In this document: positions 12,561-27,293 of the stretch, in pieces
How the letters are laid out: each line of letters starts with the position of its first letter
Position numbering within the stretch: position 1 is the first letter of the stretch
From: Bigelowiella natans CCMP2755
Taxonomy: Eukaryota; Protista; Cercozoa
Length of the DNA stretch: 64,000 bases
Reading direction: 5' to 3'
NCBI GenBank assembly: GCA_000320545.1
Contig: ADNK01000501.1
Location: forward strand, 139,448 to 203,447
Translations under genes and position numbers: made by a program
The notes under the pieces: generated by a model
Databases searched by the model: none
Seen by the model: only the letters and a program-made list of their open reading frames with translations
Told to the model about the DNA's origin: nothing

Positions 12561-13007
12561 GAAAAGCCTTCACGTAGCGTGCAGTTCCGACACAGTAACC
12601 AAAACAAAACATTTCAAACATGAAAACAATACTACTATAAATGCTTTACCCAAGTACTGGCAGACATAGGTGCAGGTTGTGACGGCAGGAATGCTTTCTA
12701 ACCCCCCTTATTTCCATATCTGAGAAGATCAGTTTGGAGCTTCAACAGCACACCACCGTTCAAAGTCTGTTCGCCATTTGAAAAAGGCATAGATTCAGAA
12801 CAACGAAGAATCAAGCAGCAGCGCGGCAAATACAGGCGAGCGGTATTCGCGCACCTGTCAACATCCCTTCCTCCGATCCGAGCACTGATCGCAATGGCGC
12901 TCTTGCCTCCTCGTCGCCGTCGTCGTCTTCGTTAGTTCCTTCCGTCCGTTGAGATGATCTCGGGCAAATGTTGAGGAAAATCCCTGAATCGCATGTGAAT
13001 CGTCAAG

Positions 13008-13033
13008 TGCGACAAGGATATCTTCATGTCGCA
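13008..13033. promoter_or_regulatory. Dyad motif TGCGACA-aggatatcttca-TGTCGCA in a divergent promoter spacer
   Basis: 7-bp inverted repeat with a 12-bp spacer, between the SMYD start (12560, -) and the kinase start (13152, +). Confidence 0.55.
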
Positions 13034-13151
13034 TATCGACGATTGCGATCTCAAAAAGATATCTCAGTCGTCGACTTACCAGCTGCCCCCTCGTCCTCGT
13101 CAACTTGGTGTACAAGCTGTAGCAGCAGCAGCAGCAGCAGCGAATACCATC

Positions 13152-15322
13152 ATGGTCTTTGACAACCTCCATTGTGTGCGAAGTATCCTCCTGCTCTTTC
13201 TCGTGGCAGGTACGTTCATTCGGTTATGATGGGTGAAAATGCTGAGAGTGTGACGTTCTGTGATCAGCTATTTACCCCTGCCATGGATGGAGCATGTTCT
13301 CGTCAGCTCAAGACGTTGTTGCAGATTCACATCAAGATACAGAGAAACAACCTACTACCATTTCGCTAACCTGCTCCGATGACACTTGCCCCTGGTTCGT
13401 GATGATGAATTTTGTCGGTGATAGATAGACTTATTATGGGTTAATTCCTCGTTCGTATGCGTGCTTTCACGTTGCTCGAAGGTCGGCCGAAGATGACCCT
13501 GCAAAGCTCAAAGATCATCTTAATCAGATGCAGGTATCTTGATGACCTAATCATATAGCTTCTATTAGGGTTTGATATAATATACATCTTTATACCATCA
13601 GTCGCAGCTGAAGAACTTATCCCAGAAACTTCACCCCAACGGTAGTATCATTAATTATCCTTCCTCCTCAGTCCTTAGACAGCTTCTATGATTGTGTTTT
13701 ATACTTCGGTCTTATAAATGCGAAGGTGTTAGCATGGACAGTCCTGACTACATGTCGGAGGAGGTCAGTTTCTCACAATCATGGTGTTTCATTGTTTTGC
13801 ATGTACATCTATCTTCTCTGCTTGGCAATCTTAAAAGCTGAGAAAGAATGATCCTCTGCCTGATCATTTCGTAGGAGCGATACGCGGAGATTCGAGAGAA
13901 AGAGCTTCAAGAAGGATTGAATCTGCTATCTAAAGAGTTAAACTTGCACTCACACTCAATTCGAAAAAACAGCTTTCCTACGAATTTTTACCGATTTTAC
14001 ATGTCCCAGTCTGCATTTGATGAGCATAAATCCCTACTCCTCTCCAACCAAACCTCCCTTATCATCATCATTAGAGACATTGGTGTGGATGCTCTTGAGC
14101 TGATGAAGATGTTTTACACGATGTTCCACAAGAAAGGTAATATTATTCAGAGCTCGTTCGATATGCATAAGAGACGACTCATTCTCCATCTTATCATTCA
14201 TCGATTACATCCACCATCATATCAACGGGTGTTTCGATTAGAAATATTAATATGTGTTCTCTTCCAGAAAAGCAAAAACCTATCTTCCTCGTCACCTTTG
14301 GCCCTCCGGGTAGCGAATGCGCTTTTTCTATAAAACTGTATTATGAACGATTTCGAAACAAAGGCTGTGACTTCATTCTGGAAGCTTTGCAGAACAACAG
14401 CAATCGTCGTATCAACTGTTTTAATTCGTTTCCTAAAATATTTATTTCCCGAGAACCCAACACATTCTAAGGCTTCAATAATCTAAAAAGAGGAATTAAG
14501 TGATTGATTATCTACTTTATCTCCTTGTCGTAGGATCTGGAAAGTCTTGGATTTTGGAAATGGTATTGAGTGTGTTCTTGTTAGTATTGGGAGGAGGAGG
14601 AGGAGGAGGAGAAAGAAGAGAGATAACTATTATTAGACGTCTAGAGAAATGTGGACACGCAATCACGAGAAATCACAAAGATACTTCCAAACTCCGATTT
14701 ATGTCAAACAAGAAATTTCTATCCATTGAAAAACTACTAATCGTGATGAACAGCTGCGCAAAGAACTACTCTGCACCTAATGAGTAGCGATTGTGTTGTT
14801 TTGGAGAACAAAATTGAGCGTTGTTAAATTGAGTATTGTTAAATTGAGAATTATTGTAATCGCGACGACTACAGGTTGCGAGGCACTACAACTACGATCT
14901 GGAAGCTAACTTTATTCGAGTTCTGCAAGTATGCTATTGACGTTGCACAGCAGCGCGAGTTATTATCAATGCGACACGTTACTTTACTACCCGTCAATGC
15001 CCATAATACAGCAGAATAGAACGAGATAAATTACGCAATACTGTGTCGCTTTTCTTATTCAGGGTATTATTGGTTAAGATATTGCACTTGTTTGTACTTT
15101 ATTAGGACGATATGATGAAGAGTATGTCGGCCTACAACAAAGCTATGGAGGAGTTGGGCGATCGGCGATCATCCTTCATCGATGAAAAAGGAGAAGTAAA
15201 AGAAAAACTATCTCCCTAACACTGAAGAGACGACGGCGCCAAAAATAAACACTTGAAACATTGATGATGATGACGATGATGCTAAGCACAAGATATTTCG
15301 TGGCCATTCGATCATTTCAATT

Positions 15323-15360
<38 letters not shown>

Positions 15361-16712
15361 TTATACATACTTATATACACTCATACCCGTCAATAACAAC
15401 TTCTAGCTGAAGGCAGCCTTCTACGGAGAAGCCAACAACATCTATTGGAAATACAGGTATTTGGCAGAAACGCCATCATGCGCTGTTGCATCCTTCGTGC
15501 ATGCGGGAGAAGAGATCTTTGCTTTTGTTCAAAACCTCAACCGTTTTGTTACCTGTTTCTTCATCTTTCGATAACAACTCAATCCCAGGAACATGGTGAT
15601 TCAGATGAAGAAAATGCTGTTAGATATTGCTTACAAGCAGGTTGGAAGTCCGGCATCATATAATCAATATCGATGTTTTCAACTATTATCACTCAAAGAC
15701 GGCCTCCTTGCTAATTTCCCCACGTCTTTCTTTCCGACGATTTGTGTCAAAATGACGACATCCTGTAGGAGCTCAACATTGTGTACGAAACCACCGGGTC
15801 TAAGCGTGCAGACAATCCGAAACAAACGCTATTCAATATCATGAATGAGGCCAGGGCGCGTAGGTTTGATGGATATCACACTGATGAGTCCTGCTATGAT
15901 CCGATGCACTCACACACATACACACACCACAAAACAAATCACTTCAATTCTTGTATTGGTCTTATTTTAAATACAGTTGCTGCACCCACTAACCTCAGAT
16001 ACAAAATTGTGATCATATACCCCTACGTGAAGAACGAAACACTGGTCGATAGGTATTATTGAGAGGGGAGAGACGCGCGTTGTAGGCCCTGTTTCTGGTT
16101 GAAATATCCATGGTGAATAATAAGGCGGGAACAAGATGCGATTTCATTTCTTTTATGTCAGACTGAATGAGCGCAACAAGAAACAGAACCGTGTGCTCAA
16201 GCCCTCCGCCCTTGGGAATTTTGTGGGGAAAGCACAGAGCAACTTCCTGCACTATTTAGAGTATGCCGACGCTGGTTACTTGTACGACAACAACATTGAC
16301 AAATCCGACTTCGATGAGAAATCAAAGTAATCGCTAAATCTACAGCCACTGCCTTTATTAAGTCATCTCTCATCATTGTTGTTGTTGTTGAGCATTGTGT
16401 GTTTACGAAGGGCTCACGAACGATATTAATGCACTTTCTCAGGGATCTTCCGTGGTTGATGAAATATCATAGAAACGGAGAAAGACGCGACTATAAATGC
16501 CACCCTAACATTTGTAAATATGGAGTATGGCAGCGACTAATCGATGGACGAAGTCAGATTACGGTTTGCTCTGCACCAGATATCTTAGTTAAACACGTCA
16601 ACTCATTGAGGAGCTATTGCACTCATTTGTTAGCTGCAAACCTCAAACACTTGCTCTTTTACCCCTTGATATGATGTTTATTCAGGTGTGTGAAGAAACG
16701 TGTGCGACTTAA
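13152..16712 (+). CDS. Zeta-toxin-family P-loop kinase with predicted N-terminal signal peptide (multi-exon)
   Basis: Spliced exons give PIFLVTFGPPG/SGKSWILE (Walker A), FIRVL/DDMM, LNIVYETTG, YKIVIIYPYV, RLNERNKKQNRVL and ADAGYLYDNN, the motif order of the Zeta_toxin/AAA_33 kinases. The N-terminus MVFDNLHCVRSILLLFLVA is signal-like. Stop at ~16712. Confidence 0.72.
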
Positions 16713-17419
16713 GCATTACACCCAAAGGCGATCATAGCTCGTATTAAATTTACTCGTGCACGCTATAGAGGCATAAATTGTACATGCTCACTGGCTTTGC
16801 ATAGGACTTAATGTCTGATGTGTGCAATGACAGCTCACATATGCATGTACATATCTAGATATGTCACAAGCTTTGCAACTTAATATTTGTACATCAAGTA
16901 AAATCAGACAGCAATAATATTTAGCAGCAGCACTATGACTTGCATGGCAACAGCGTTGTGCATGAGTTTGCAGAAATAAAATATCTGAGTGTGAATCACA
17001 TTTACCTGCAAGCTTTTATCGCTTTATCGCAGCAGCAGCAATTGGATGGGAAGCGCGATTCCACGGTAGTAGGCGCTCCTTAACGCTAAATCACGGGCTT
17101 GCATGCATTATCATCCTTCAGGCTACTACATCGAGAAATGATTAGCTGCGTATTGTCTCATTGATAGTCTCTGCACGCTTGCAGCGCATCGATCATCAGA
17201 CACACACTAGCACGCTAGCACGCTAGCACGGGTTGCAAATGCTTTATCAGGCAGTCATCACGACAACAACAACAAGCTAGCAAGGCTAAACAAGGATTCA
17301 TAGTGAATTGACAAACTTGTATGACAACAGTACAGTGTGTAGTGTCATATAGATCTAGCAAGCTAGAGATGAGGTGTATTAGTGCTTCATCAAACAGTTA
17401 ACTCTATCAGTTTTTGCCA

Positions 17420-17914
17420 TCACTGCAAATCAAATCCTGCTCGAGCCTCGATCGCCATAACTAGTTTCTCTGTGAGAGCCTGAAAGTTGGTAGACGAAAT
17501 GCGGAAGAAGTAAGCATTGCATAATAGCTGAAATGGCTGATGTTCCCGGGTGTTGTGGAAACCTAATCTCAAACACCCTCCATAAACCCAAGCAAACCTA
17601 GCGGCGGGAAAGCGTGTTTGAATGCAGACGGTTTGATGTGTCAGTCGCAACGCAGCAAATCATCGTGCACCTTTTGAGAGCGATACAATGGAAGTTTCAA
17701 CATGTTGAAACATGTCGCAGACGTCGGAAGCTGGCCCTAACCGAGGATAATGATGATGATTTTCCAGCAAGAGAGTTTACAATAGCATGATGACACAAGA
17801 TCATGCATAGACGTCGTCACAACACAACCAGACACTTCCTACTACCGCTTGGGGATTTCTTCCAAACATTCTCGAGAATAAACTCTTCGACTTTGAGTCT
17901 TGCACAACCAAAAC

Positions 17915-17952
<38 letters not shown>

Positions 17953-18846
17953 CATTAGTTCTTTGAATTAGCAGCAGATAACTCTGCGACGCCACATATT
18001 CGGAAAGAGAGGATATCTTCCTCTACACAATAATCCTTATTAGTAGTACTAGAGGAAAGATGCTGTAGCTGCTGCTACTGCTTCTTCTCTTCGAGAATTA
18101 CTTTGGAAAATGTTTCAGGCATTCAAGTTCAGAAGCGGGGGGGGGCGGGAACTAGGACACCGTGAGCTGCTGCAGCAGCCGTACCTTGTCTTGAAGGCTC
18201 TTGCAGAGGAACGAATCGTATCGTGAAAGGCGGTGAAAGATACTTGAAACCCATTAGAGGAGGGTGAGAGCACGCGGTGACAAACCTGATCATGCATGGA
18301 TGGATAATTGAGCATTACAGAAAATAGTTGTTATTAAGATTACTATCAAATTGCCATACCACGACTTGTAAATACGAAGGACCCACTGCACGCACACACG
18401 TACACACGCACACACACACAAACGCAAATTGGGTAAACAACACATTCGAATGATGCTTTCTTACTTGAGTAACAGCCGTTTTTGATGAGGGCTGAAATTT
18501 TTGACCGAGGACCTTAAAAAGTCGCAATTTGAGGCAGCAGCATAGACGTACATTTGATGTGAATAATCCATTGACGACGGAGTAAGCAAGAGTCATATTA
18601 GTATCTAAAAAGAGATTTTTCTCTCTTTCCCTCTATCCCCCTCCCTCTTTGTCCACCTCCCCGTGTACATGCATGTAATGCATCATCATCTTCCCCCCTT
18701 CTTCTTTTCTTCCTTTTGATGTTATTGTGGCTGTTGTTGTTGTTGTTGTTCTTCTTCTTCTCTGTGTGCTGCCTCACCAGAACCACGAAAGGACGCTTGG
18801 TGACGGGAACGAGCCTCGGGGATCCACCTATTATCAATCAGCAACG

Positions 18847-18885
<39 letters not shown>

Positions 18886-18896
18886 TATATAAAAAT

Positions 18897-18951
<55 letters not shown>

Positions 18952-19956
18952 AAGCTAAATATCTCAAGTTGGAACAACAACTTTTAAGTTATATATATGA
19001 TATATGTAACATTCATACATCTGCTACTTGCTGCTGCTGCTACTGCTACCTGCGAGTGTCGTCTCAGATCATCCACGTCGATATCTTCATCCTCAGACCC
19101 AGAAAGCAAAATCTTGAGTTCCTAAGGGAGTGATAGTAATGATGATGATGATGATGATGATGATGATTGTGTTTCAACAAGCAATGATGATGAGGTGGAA
19201 GAATCATATATCGTCGTCGCGACAACAACCACCGACATAATGGGTAAAGAGCCTTAGCCAGTCTTTGCTGATAACGGAGAATAGACCTCGAGAGAATGCT
19301 GCAGTCTATTGTTATTCGTTATTATCAAATATGAATAGAACGCTCACGCGTGGTGGTTGGGGGTAATCAACATGGATGATAATATATTCTTCTTCTTCCT
19401 CCTCTCACTCCTCCTCCTCCTCCTCTTGCTGCTGCTGCAGCCTCAAATGCAACGTTTAAGGTGTAGTCATAGCCAAACTATTTCCATCCATCGTCCTCAT
19501 CATAAGGTCTCCTCATATCTCTCTTCTCCTACAGCATACATGCATCAGCTGAACCTGAGAGTAAATCTTCTTCGATAGATGGTAGTCGGCCATTGCAGTT
19601 ATATACTGGACGCGGTTGGCCCTCGTAACCTACATTTCACGACAACAACAGCAACAGTAGCAGTAGATCGGAGCAAACAATTATGGTTTAGAATATATAC
19701 TTTTCAACATCATCATCATCGTCATCATCGTCGTTGTCGTCGTCATCATTCATCTCAGTAATCATCGTCGTGGGCAAAACATTGCTACCCTTCCTAATAG
19801 AAAGCAGTAGTATCATGTACGTAGCTTATTCATTTCTCCTATCACAGGGAGGAAAAGCTTTTACCAAAGATAGATCTATTTCACTACACACGAGAGCGTC
19901 GTTTCAATGAACATCGCACCAAATCACCATCGCGATAAATGAATAAATAGCACACA

Positions 19957-20001
<45 letters not shown>

Positions 20002-20342
20002 CTTCCTACTCTACATGTGATTATCCCCCCCCCCCCCCCCCCCCCCTCTTTTCTCACTTACCCTCGTAATTCTTCACAAATAGCAGGTTTCTGTACAGTT
20101 GCCCGTCGAGAGACTACGATGTAGCACCACCAATCGCAATAATATCATCATCAGCAATATGTCAGGGGACATCGAAGCGAAGCAAATTTAAGTCATGGCA
20201 CGTGAGGAGGTTGACTTCTTTTCGATTCCGTTTTCATCCCCCCCCCGCCCTTCTAGCATGGTACATGAGCATGCAAGAAGGACTAGGGGGTAACCACATC
20301 AATTTCCTTTCTTTTCCCAGCGATAGTAGCAGTAGTAGTAGC

Positions 20343-20374
<32 letters not shown>

Positions 20375-22095
20375 CATGATTGATGAACCTTAAGGTCATC
20401 GAAGTGGGGGGATCTACTTAACAGTAGGTTGAGGAAGAAGGAGGCAAATCTAACGTCAATTAAATGACCCTCCATTAGCGCCTGAGAACAGAAGAAGAAT
20501 GACGATGATAGCAACTACAACGAATCAACGATGAGTGCCATGTATGGCTTCATTAGTAGTAGTGTCGCGTCAGCAGCTACACCATCAATAAGCATAAGCG
20601 CGCATGAAAAAGCACTATTGGTTGATTCCCACCTTTCCCAGTACTTTCCCTACGAATTCAAACTGCTCGTGCCAGCTGTCCAGCAGCACAGACGCATCAT
20701 TTGGATAGTACGTCCTACAAATAGAAAGGATGATGATGATGACGATGATGACGATGATGACGATGATGATGGTGGTGATTATTGTTATTATTATAATTAC
20801 GACTGTGGTCATGTATGCAAGCGATACAACACACAGCTGCAAGCTATATGCAGTAATAGTGGCTGCATCAGCAGGATGATTACCTGAGCTCCGTGCTTTT
20901 GAACAATCCATAATCTTCTCTAAACACCTAATATGATGATGATGTAGATGATGATGATGATGATGACGATGTGGTGGTGGTGGTGAGGAGGCTAAAGACA
21001 CATGAGTCGCTGCTTAGCCATTGCAGCAGTATACCTTGTTTCAAAAAAAGGTTTTGAACAAAAAGAGGAGGGGGATCATCGTTATCGTCATCGTCCATCG
21101 GTTAAAATGGAATAATAATGAAATCAATGCTGCTGTTATTGTCACTGTATGTTCGGGTACTCAAATCAGCATTTTCATGCATTTTAACGACGCTTATATG
21201 GAGAACACTATCTACCTACCTCCCGACAGAGACTTTCGAGAAATTCCTTGAATGGCCCTCCCATATCGAGACCGGCTTCTACCTGCCCCCTGAAAGACAA
21301 ACAGCATGCGTCGGTATGATAGATCGATGATGATGATGATGATGGTGATGACATGTTGGTGCTGTTTTGATAAGCATTATTTGGATGGAGGAGAGGTTCA
21401 AACTGTTTTTGCTTCTAGGATCATTGATTGATTCTCCGACGTATGGGGAGGAGTAACAGTTAGCAAGTCCCCATTAGTGATAAATGGCATCACGAGAGGC
21501 GAAGAAGAAATTCAAAACTAGCAGCACTAACGCTCAGAGTAGTAGTAGTACGTAAGGACAGCACCTTTTGTCGATAAATCGTATGGCAATCCTTTGTTTC
21601 AGACCCGGTCCCATTGCCTTTATAGCTTCCCAGCCATCCTCAACCTTAATTAAGGGGGGGGGGGGGGGGGGGGGGGAGAGGGGAAAGCAACAATAGGCAA
21701 TTATCCCATTACCCCTTACACGTACATTTGCAACTAAATGAGACGTTTCCTTTCCCTACTCTAAATGCGATGATGAAGAAGAAGAAGAAGCTGTTGTTTT
21801 TGACTCTCTTCCTCTTCCCCCTCCCCCCCCCCTCCCACTCCCCCAACTACCAGATATGCGCGTCGTATGTTCACAGTAGGTATTCGTCTTTGCATAGAAG
21901 CAACTTCCTGCAAGCAGTGACGAGTCAGAACGTAACACCAGCACAGCAGAGAAACCTCATATCAGAGAAGGAGAACAATATTTTCCCTTCAAGAATTATA
22001 CATGCTGTCGGCTCAGAACACCCTTGACAATTCCACCACTGTCATCACTATAAGCACTTCCTGCTAATCTATCTTATAGCAATCAATATATATTT

Positions 22096-22141
<46 letters not shown>

Positions 22142-22173
22142 CTGATGTACAGTAAGACAGGTGTGAAATAATA

Positions 22174-22206
<33 letters not shown>

Positions 22207-23169
22207 TATAACAACGATAACACCACCTTCGCATCAGCTTCAAGGGCGTTCCGGAAGGCTGTTGCCCGTTGCTCAAACGTCAAGAGAAATGGCAGCTTGA
22301 AGACGGTTTCTGCCCAACAAAGAACTCTTTATCAGTGAACATGCAAATAATGCATAAGGGGAGGAGGAAGAAGACGAGGAGGAGGAGGAGGAGGACACCA
22401 CAGCCACTACAGCAGTAGCAAGAACCCTCGGGCACAATAGATCCATCGATTGTGTGCTTCTTACTCTACCTCTCAGCGCGTAGCTTTTCTCTCCTCTTAA
22501 TTTTCCGCTTGCCCACCTTGAAGAGAATGAACGAAACAGGAAGAAATAGTGAATTCGTAACTGGCTGTGAGGGAGCGTGCTCGGAGATGTATCTCGAGCG
22601 TTGCCATGAGAGAGAAGCACCAGCAACAAAGAAATTACACACAATCTGCTTATACTATGGCATGGCTAGGAGAAGGACAAGGACTCTTCTTACAAGTTCC
22701 ATTGAGAGTAAAACTCATACTTGCACTTTGATTCGAGTTGCCATGCAGCCTAACGACATCGTAGATGTTAAAAAATAACGACTCTCCCTTCGTCGTGATC
22801 TTTAAGCAACGTCATTAAGACAACACAACCTCTGAGCAAAACGCAATTCTGACATATCTTTGTCGCATCTGAAATGTGTATGCATAAACAATAATTGCTA
22901 TCAATGGTGGCCATGAAAAGAGATGAAATAATATCGACATTCACGACGATAAACTTCATCATCATCAGCGGCAGCGTTATAATCATCTTTTTCATCACCA
23001 TCATGATGATGATGATAATATACCTGAGAAAGGAGTGCCATAGACACATTCGCGATCTCACGTTGAACCAAGCTGTATTGGTGAAATCTTGGTAAGTCGA
23101 TTGCAGCTGGGCAGTTTGCTTTCTTTTTTTTGGCGAACCGCGTAAACTGTTTACTGTGAGCTTCTTTCG

Positions 23170-23207
<38 letters not shown>

Positions 23208-24643
23208 TTGTACAACCTATTCCGATATTGGTCGGTGAAGTGGTAATAAAACACCAAAGACTTGACGATTCGGACTACCCTTTCCAGGCTGTTTTTACAT
23301 GACCACCACCACCACCACCACCACAGAAAGAAGAAGTTGATACTTGTTCAGCATGCAAGAGCTATTACCTAACAGAGTCGCCATAGCTACTGCTGCTGCT
23401 ACCACTACTTATGCAAAAAAAGTAGCTGATTGAAAGCGGTAACGTTTAAGTTCCTTATGCACAAAATATCGTGTGGCCATTGCAGGAACAAGGATAAATA
23501 AGGCCAGTATCATCAAGAGGAGGAGGAGGAGGAGGAGGAGGAGGAGGAGGAGTGAATGTATACAAAATATTATCATTGAATAATTAATGACCCCTCTCCT
23601 ATCGGTACAGGGCAGTGCATATTCATAAATTCTTCCATTTCGAGACCCTAACAACATCATACCAAGTTGTGTGTTGTCATGTGTTTTCGTTAGGAGGAAA
23701 TCTCCTTTCAGCCTCTACTTCTCGTTACCACTGTTGGACTATCAATTTAAAATCATCACTCTCTTCTACATTCTATGATTTTCATCCTGAAATACCGCGA
23801 TTGCCGATGAGAAGCACCCAGCAAATATTATAAAAGCATCGTTTACTCCCCCTCCTCCTCCTTGAGAATGGTGGAAGTTGTCCTTGGTTTGAATAGTATC
23901 GACCCACTTTGTCACTTTAGTGTCACTCGGATCTGCACCCAACCGTTTAATCGCTCCTGCAATAGACTTTGAGAGGAACGAAAAAAAACCGCCCCCCCCC
24001 CCACCAGCCCTATGTCTCTTCCCTTGTTTCCCCTTGGCCTTTTTATGGTCTTGTTCCTCTTTCTCGTCTTCTTGCGAGATTTTCTGGTAGCCAGTCGCTG
24101 TTGACCTTCCTTTAATTCTCTTGCTGCCGTCACTATCGTTTCTATCGCCTCCCCGAGGTGTGTGATGCGAAGGAGGGGGGGACAGCGGGGTGATTGTAAT
24201 CTCTAGGTACTGAAAGAATACTATCAGGAGCGGAGTGGTGTACGCTAAGGCACCTAATCCATTAATTAATCATGATATTAACTGATGATGTTAAGTTGAT
24301 AGCAGCGCTTGAAGAAGATACGGTGATTGATGATAGTTCCTTACTTTGAATGCCCCGGCGTCTACTGGGCCATTGTCGGCACAGCGTGGTCAGTAGATGT
24401 GCTATGGTTGGAATGAACGTAGGGTTTGCCTTATGGAACTTGGCTATGTAGCTATACGTTCGAGCGCAGCCTTCAAGGATCTGCCCAATATTGAATATAT
24501 CAGATACATTATGTAGAAGCACTGCAAGTGCTGGGGTTTCCTACGTCTGTGCCTTGAAAGTTGGCACGAATAGAACTTCATGTACATATATGAATGTGCA
24601 CACACATGCATAAATTTGTATGTAAATAATTATGAGTACGAAC

Positions 24644-24677
<34 letters not shown>

Positions 24678-26842
24678 CTTTACCTCGAGCTCGGGCTTTT
24701 TGAACATATATAGCGTGGGATCATCACCACCAAAGTTTTCGAAGATAACCTGGGGAAGGAAGGGGGGGGGGAAGGTATACATTCATACGTTACTCCTCCC
24801 CTTCTGAAGCATACAGAGTACAGAATGCAAACCTTGAACGGCATGAATAAAAGTGTTGGATTCCGATCGGTTCCGGGAGTGAATGCAATCTCCAGCTGTT
24901 TTGACAGCCCTGCCCCAATTCCGAGGCTTCCCGAGGCTATCATTAAGGACTGTGATGTTGATTCTAAGAGAGCCCGTACGTGGCTCTCACCACAGTTCTC
25001 TGTGATGCTGGCAAGCATTCCAAAGACAGGCAAGGCTACTGGGACGGTAAGCAACTTCTTGTGAAAGTGCTTTGTGAGGGAAAGCATATTTCCTAAGAAA
25101 TGTGGAATGGAGAAGGTTGACAAAGACGAAGGGGGGAAGGGTCGGAGGACCAAAAAATGAGGCTATATATCAATCGTATGGTTCTTGAGTGATAGAACAC
25201 CAAATAGGAATGCGATAGGAGGCGCAGTAATTCCATCTTTTTGCAGACGATCCAGTTCTCCATTTGTAGACATTTGGAGGATCGCAGAGACAATCTGTAT
25301 CGTGAGCAAAATTGAATTTGTTGAACTTCACTTGAGATTTGTTGTTTTTGGTCTTGCCTTCTCGAAAGCGCCGTTCGTGCTTAGAGCAGATATTAAGCCT
25401 TTGCCCAACTTCAGGAAAATTAAAGGCGCTGATGAGAAAACAGGCATGTCAGGGAAACCTCTCCTCATTTGGCACATATCGAGCCTTCAACATGAGAGGG
25501 GCATAATTTGGAATGAAAAGAGATACCTGTCAAGACGTGAGATACAAGAGCAAACATAGGCTCTAGAGCATCAATAGTCTCTGACAGCCACAGAGCTCGT
25601 AACGCAACCTGGGTCAATGCGATAGAAAGAATTCCGTTCTTGTCCTGAATAATACAGAGGGACAGCGAACTTTCAATACTTCTGCAAAATCAATTCGAGG
25701 AAACGTACTTTCTCGCGCTTGAGAGCTATTCCAATGCCAGCTGCAATACCCTAGTTCCAACCAAGGCGAATTAGTATCATGAACTGGAATCACTAGCATG
25801 TTAAAGAGGTAAAACCTTTTTCCCTCCAAAAACTGCTGCAACTTCGAATGCATAAGATTTTATGCCTTCCTCCACCGTCTTTACACTATCAAACCCCATC
25901 ATCTTGGGATTCAGGCATGTTGCTAAGAAGCGTGTCAGAATAGCTTTTTGTTTCAATTTCACTTTGACACGAGCGATAAGGTGGGCCACAAGGACACACA
26001 GCTTTGCACACATGCTTTGAAGGTAACGGTCGCCAATCATGGAACGATAAAAGTTTCCAGGGTGATCCTTTTTTGCTCTAGCAATTATAAATGTAGTTGT
26101 GGATACAAATCGCCGAATGTTGGCCTCGGTCTGCGAACGAACATTGTGTAGTGGAGATTAATTGAAAAATTACGAACGTTAAAGCAATCGAGCATATTAT
26201 CAGAGTTAATTTACTTCCTTCGTTTCAGGATTGTCCATCTGGCGATACATCCGTTCAAGCAAAATCACGTGATTGATCATGCGCTGCAAAATCTGCGGAC
26301 TCCCAGCATTTTGTCGTATCTTTGTCTGCATTATTTTATTGCCACTCATGAAAGAAGTACTTTGATTCAGAAAAATTAAATAATATTTTTTGCAGTCGCC
26401 AACCTCCTGCACGAGTTCTTTGAATATGCGTTGGTAAGATGAGAGTGCCAGCAGTTTGAAATTTATCCGCTGAAAAGTCCATTGTAACCACATGCTTTGA
26501 AAACGGTGAATATGTCATTTGTTGTCGATAATAACTTACCTCTTTATATCCCCTCCACAACGACTGAATTTTTATAGCAGAACAAACCTGATAATATCGA
26601 TTTCTTCAGAGTCATCAATTGGGAACAGAAGAATTAGGGCAACCCGGACTACTTCTTCCTTGCGCTTTAACCTCTCTGCCCTTGCATTCGAAATGAGGTC
26701 TAATAACACATAAAGCTCCTTCAGAAGGGTCACGTCACGGGTCAGCTTCCGAAATTGCGTTTTTCTGAGGTAATGATCGTATACCCTTCCTCCCTTTTCG
26801 TCCTCCACCTCCACCGAAGTCTATTTTTTTCCGATTAAACAT
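17420..26842 (-). CDS. HECT E3 ubiquitin ligase, UBE3B/UBE3C (plant UPL6/7) type, with N-terminal IQ motif
   Basis: N-terminus MFNRKKIDFGGGG...; IQ motif SAIKIQSLWRGYKE. HECT motifs VEDGWEAIK..LKQRIAIRFIDK, EAGLDMGGPFKEFLE, FVTACSHPPLMGF, LPTSATCFNMLKLP (catalytic Cys) and KLVMAIEARAGFDLQ*. Confidence 0.92.
17900..24800. repeat. Microsatellite-dense introns ((AT)n, (CA)n, (GAT)n, (GTA)n, (GGA)n, poly-G/C) in the distal HECT gene
   Basis: Directly visible, e.g. (AT)n at 18853, C-run at 20025, (GTA)n at 20324, G-run at 21655, (ATA)n at 22170. Confidence 0.95.
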
Positions 26843-27293
26843 ATGCTGTAGGCCTCAGCAAGAAAGTCAACGGAAGGGACTCGCTTCGAGCCGAGTGCTC
26901 TCGTCGGTCGAACTCATTATCCTGGTTTCGAATGTTCAGATCGAACATTACTAAGAAGTTACCAAAATGTCGAGGAATGGCCTACGAAACATCCTTCAAA
27001 TACAGCTCATTTGTTATTATTGATATTTGGAAGATTAGCCATGATTTTCGAAAGGAGTCAATAATATTTTCATGACGCCTTCCTGCAGAAATAGATTTTG
27101 GGAAAGCGCAACAGGTTCCCTCCAATTTCCTTTGGCTCAGACGTGTATGCTGCACGCATCGCGCGTTAATTGATATAAATACAATTTATTTACATGTTAC
27201 GACAAGTCGATTTCCTTCCCATCGTGTAAAATCACATCTACAACAGCACTGGCACTGAACTGCTACTTTGAAATTAGTCCGAACAGTGCCGGC

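Noticed and set aside
13152-16712. Bacterial toxin-antitoxin module or contamination
   Set aside because: The gene has many spliceosomal introns and no adjacent antitoxin.
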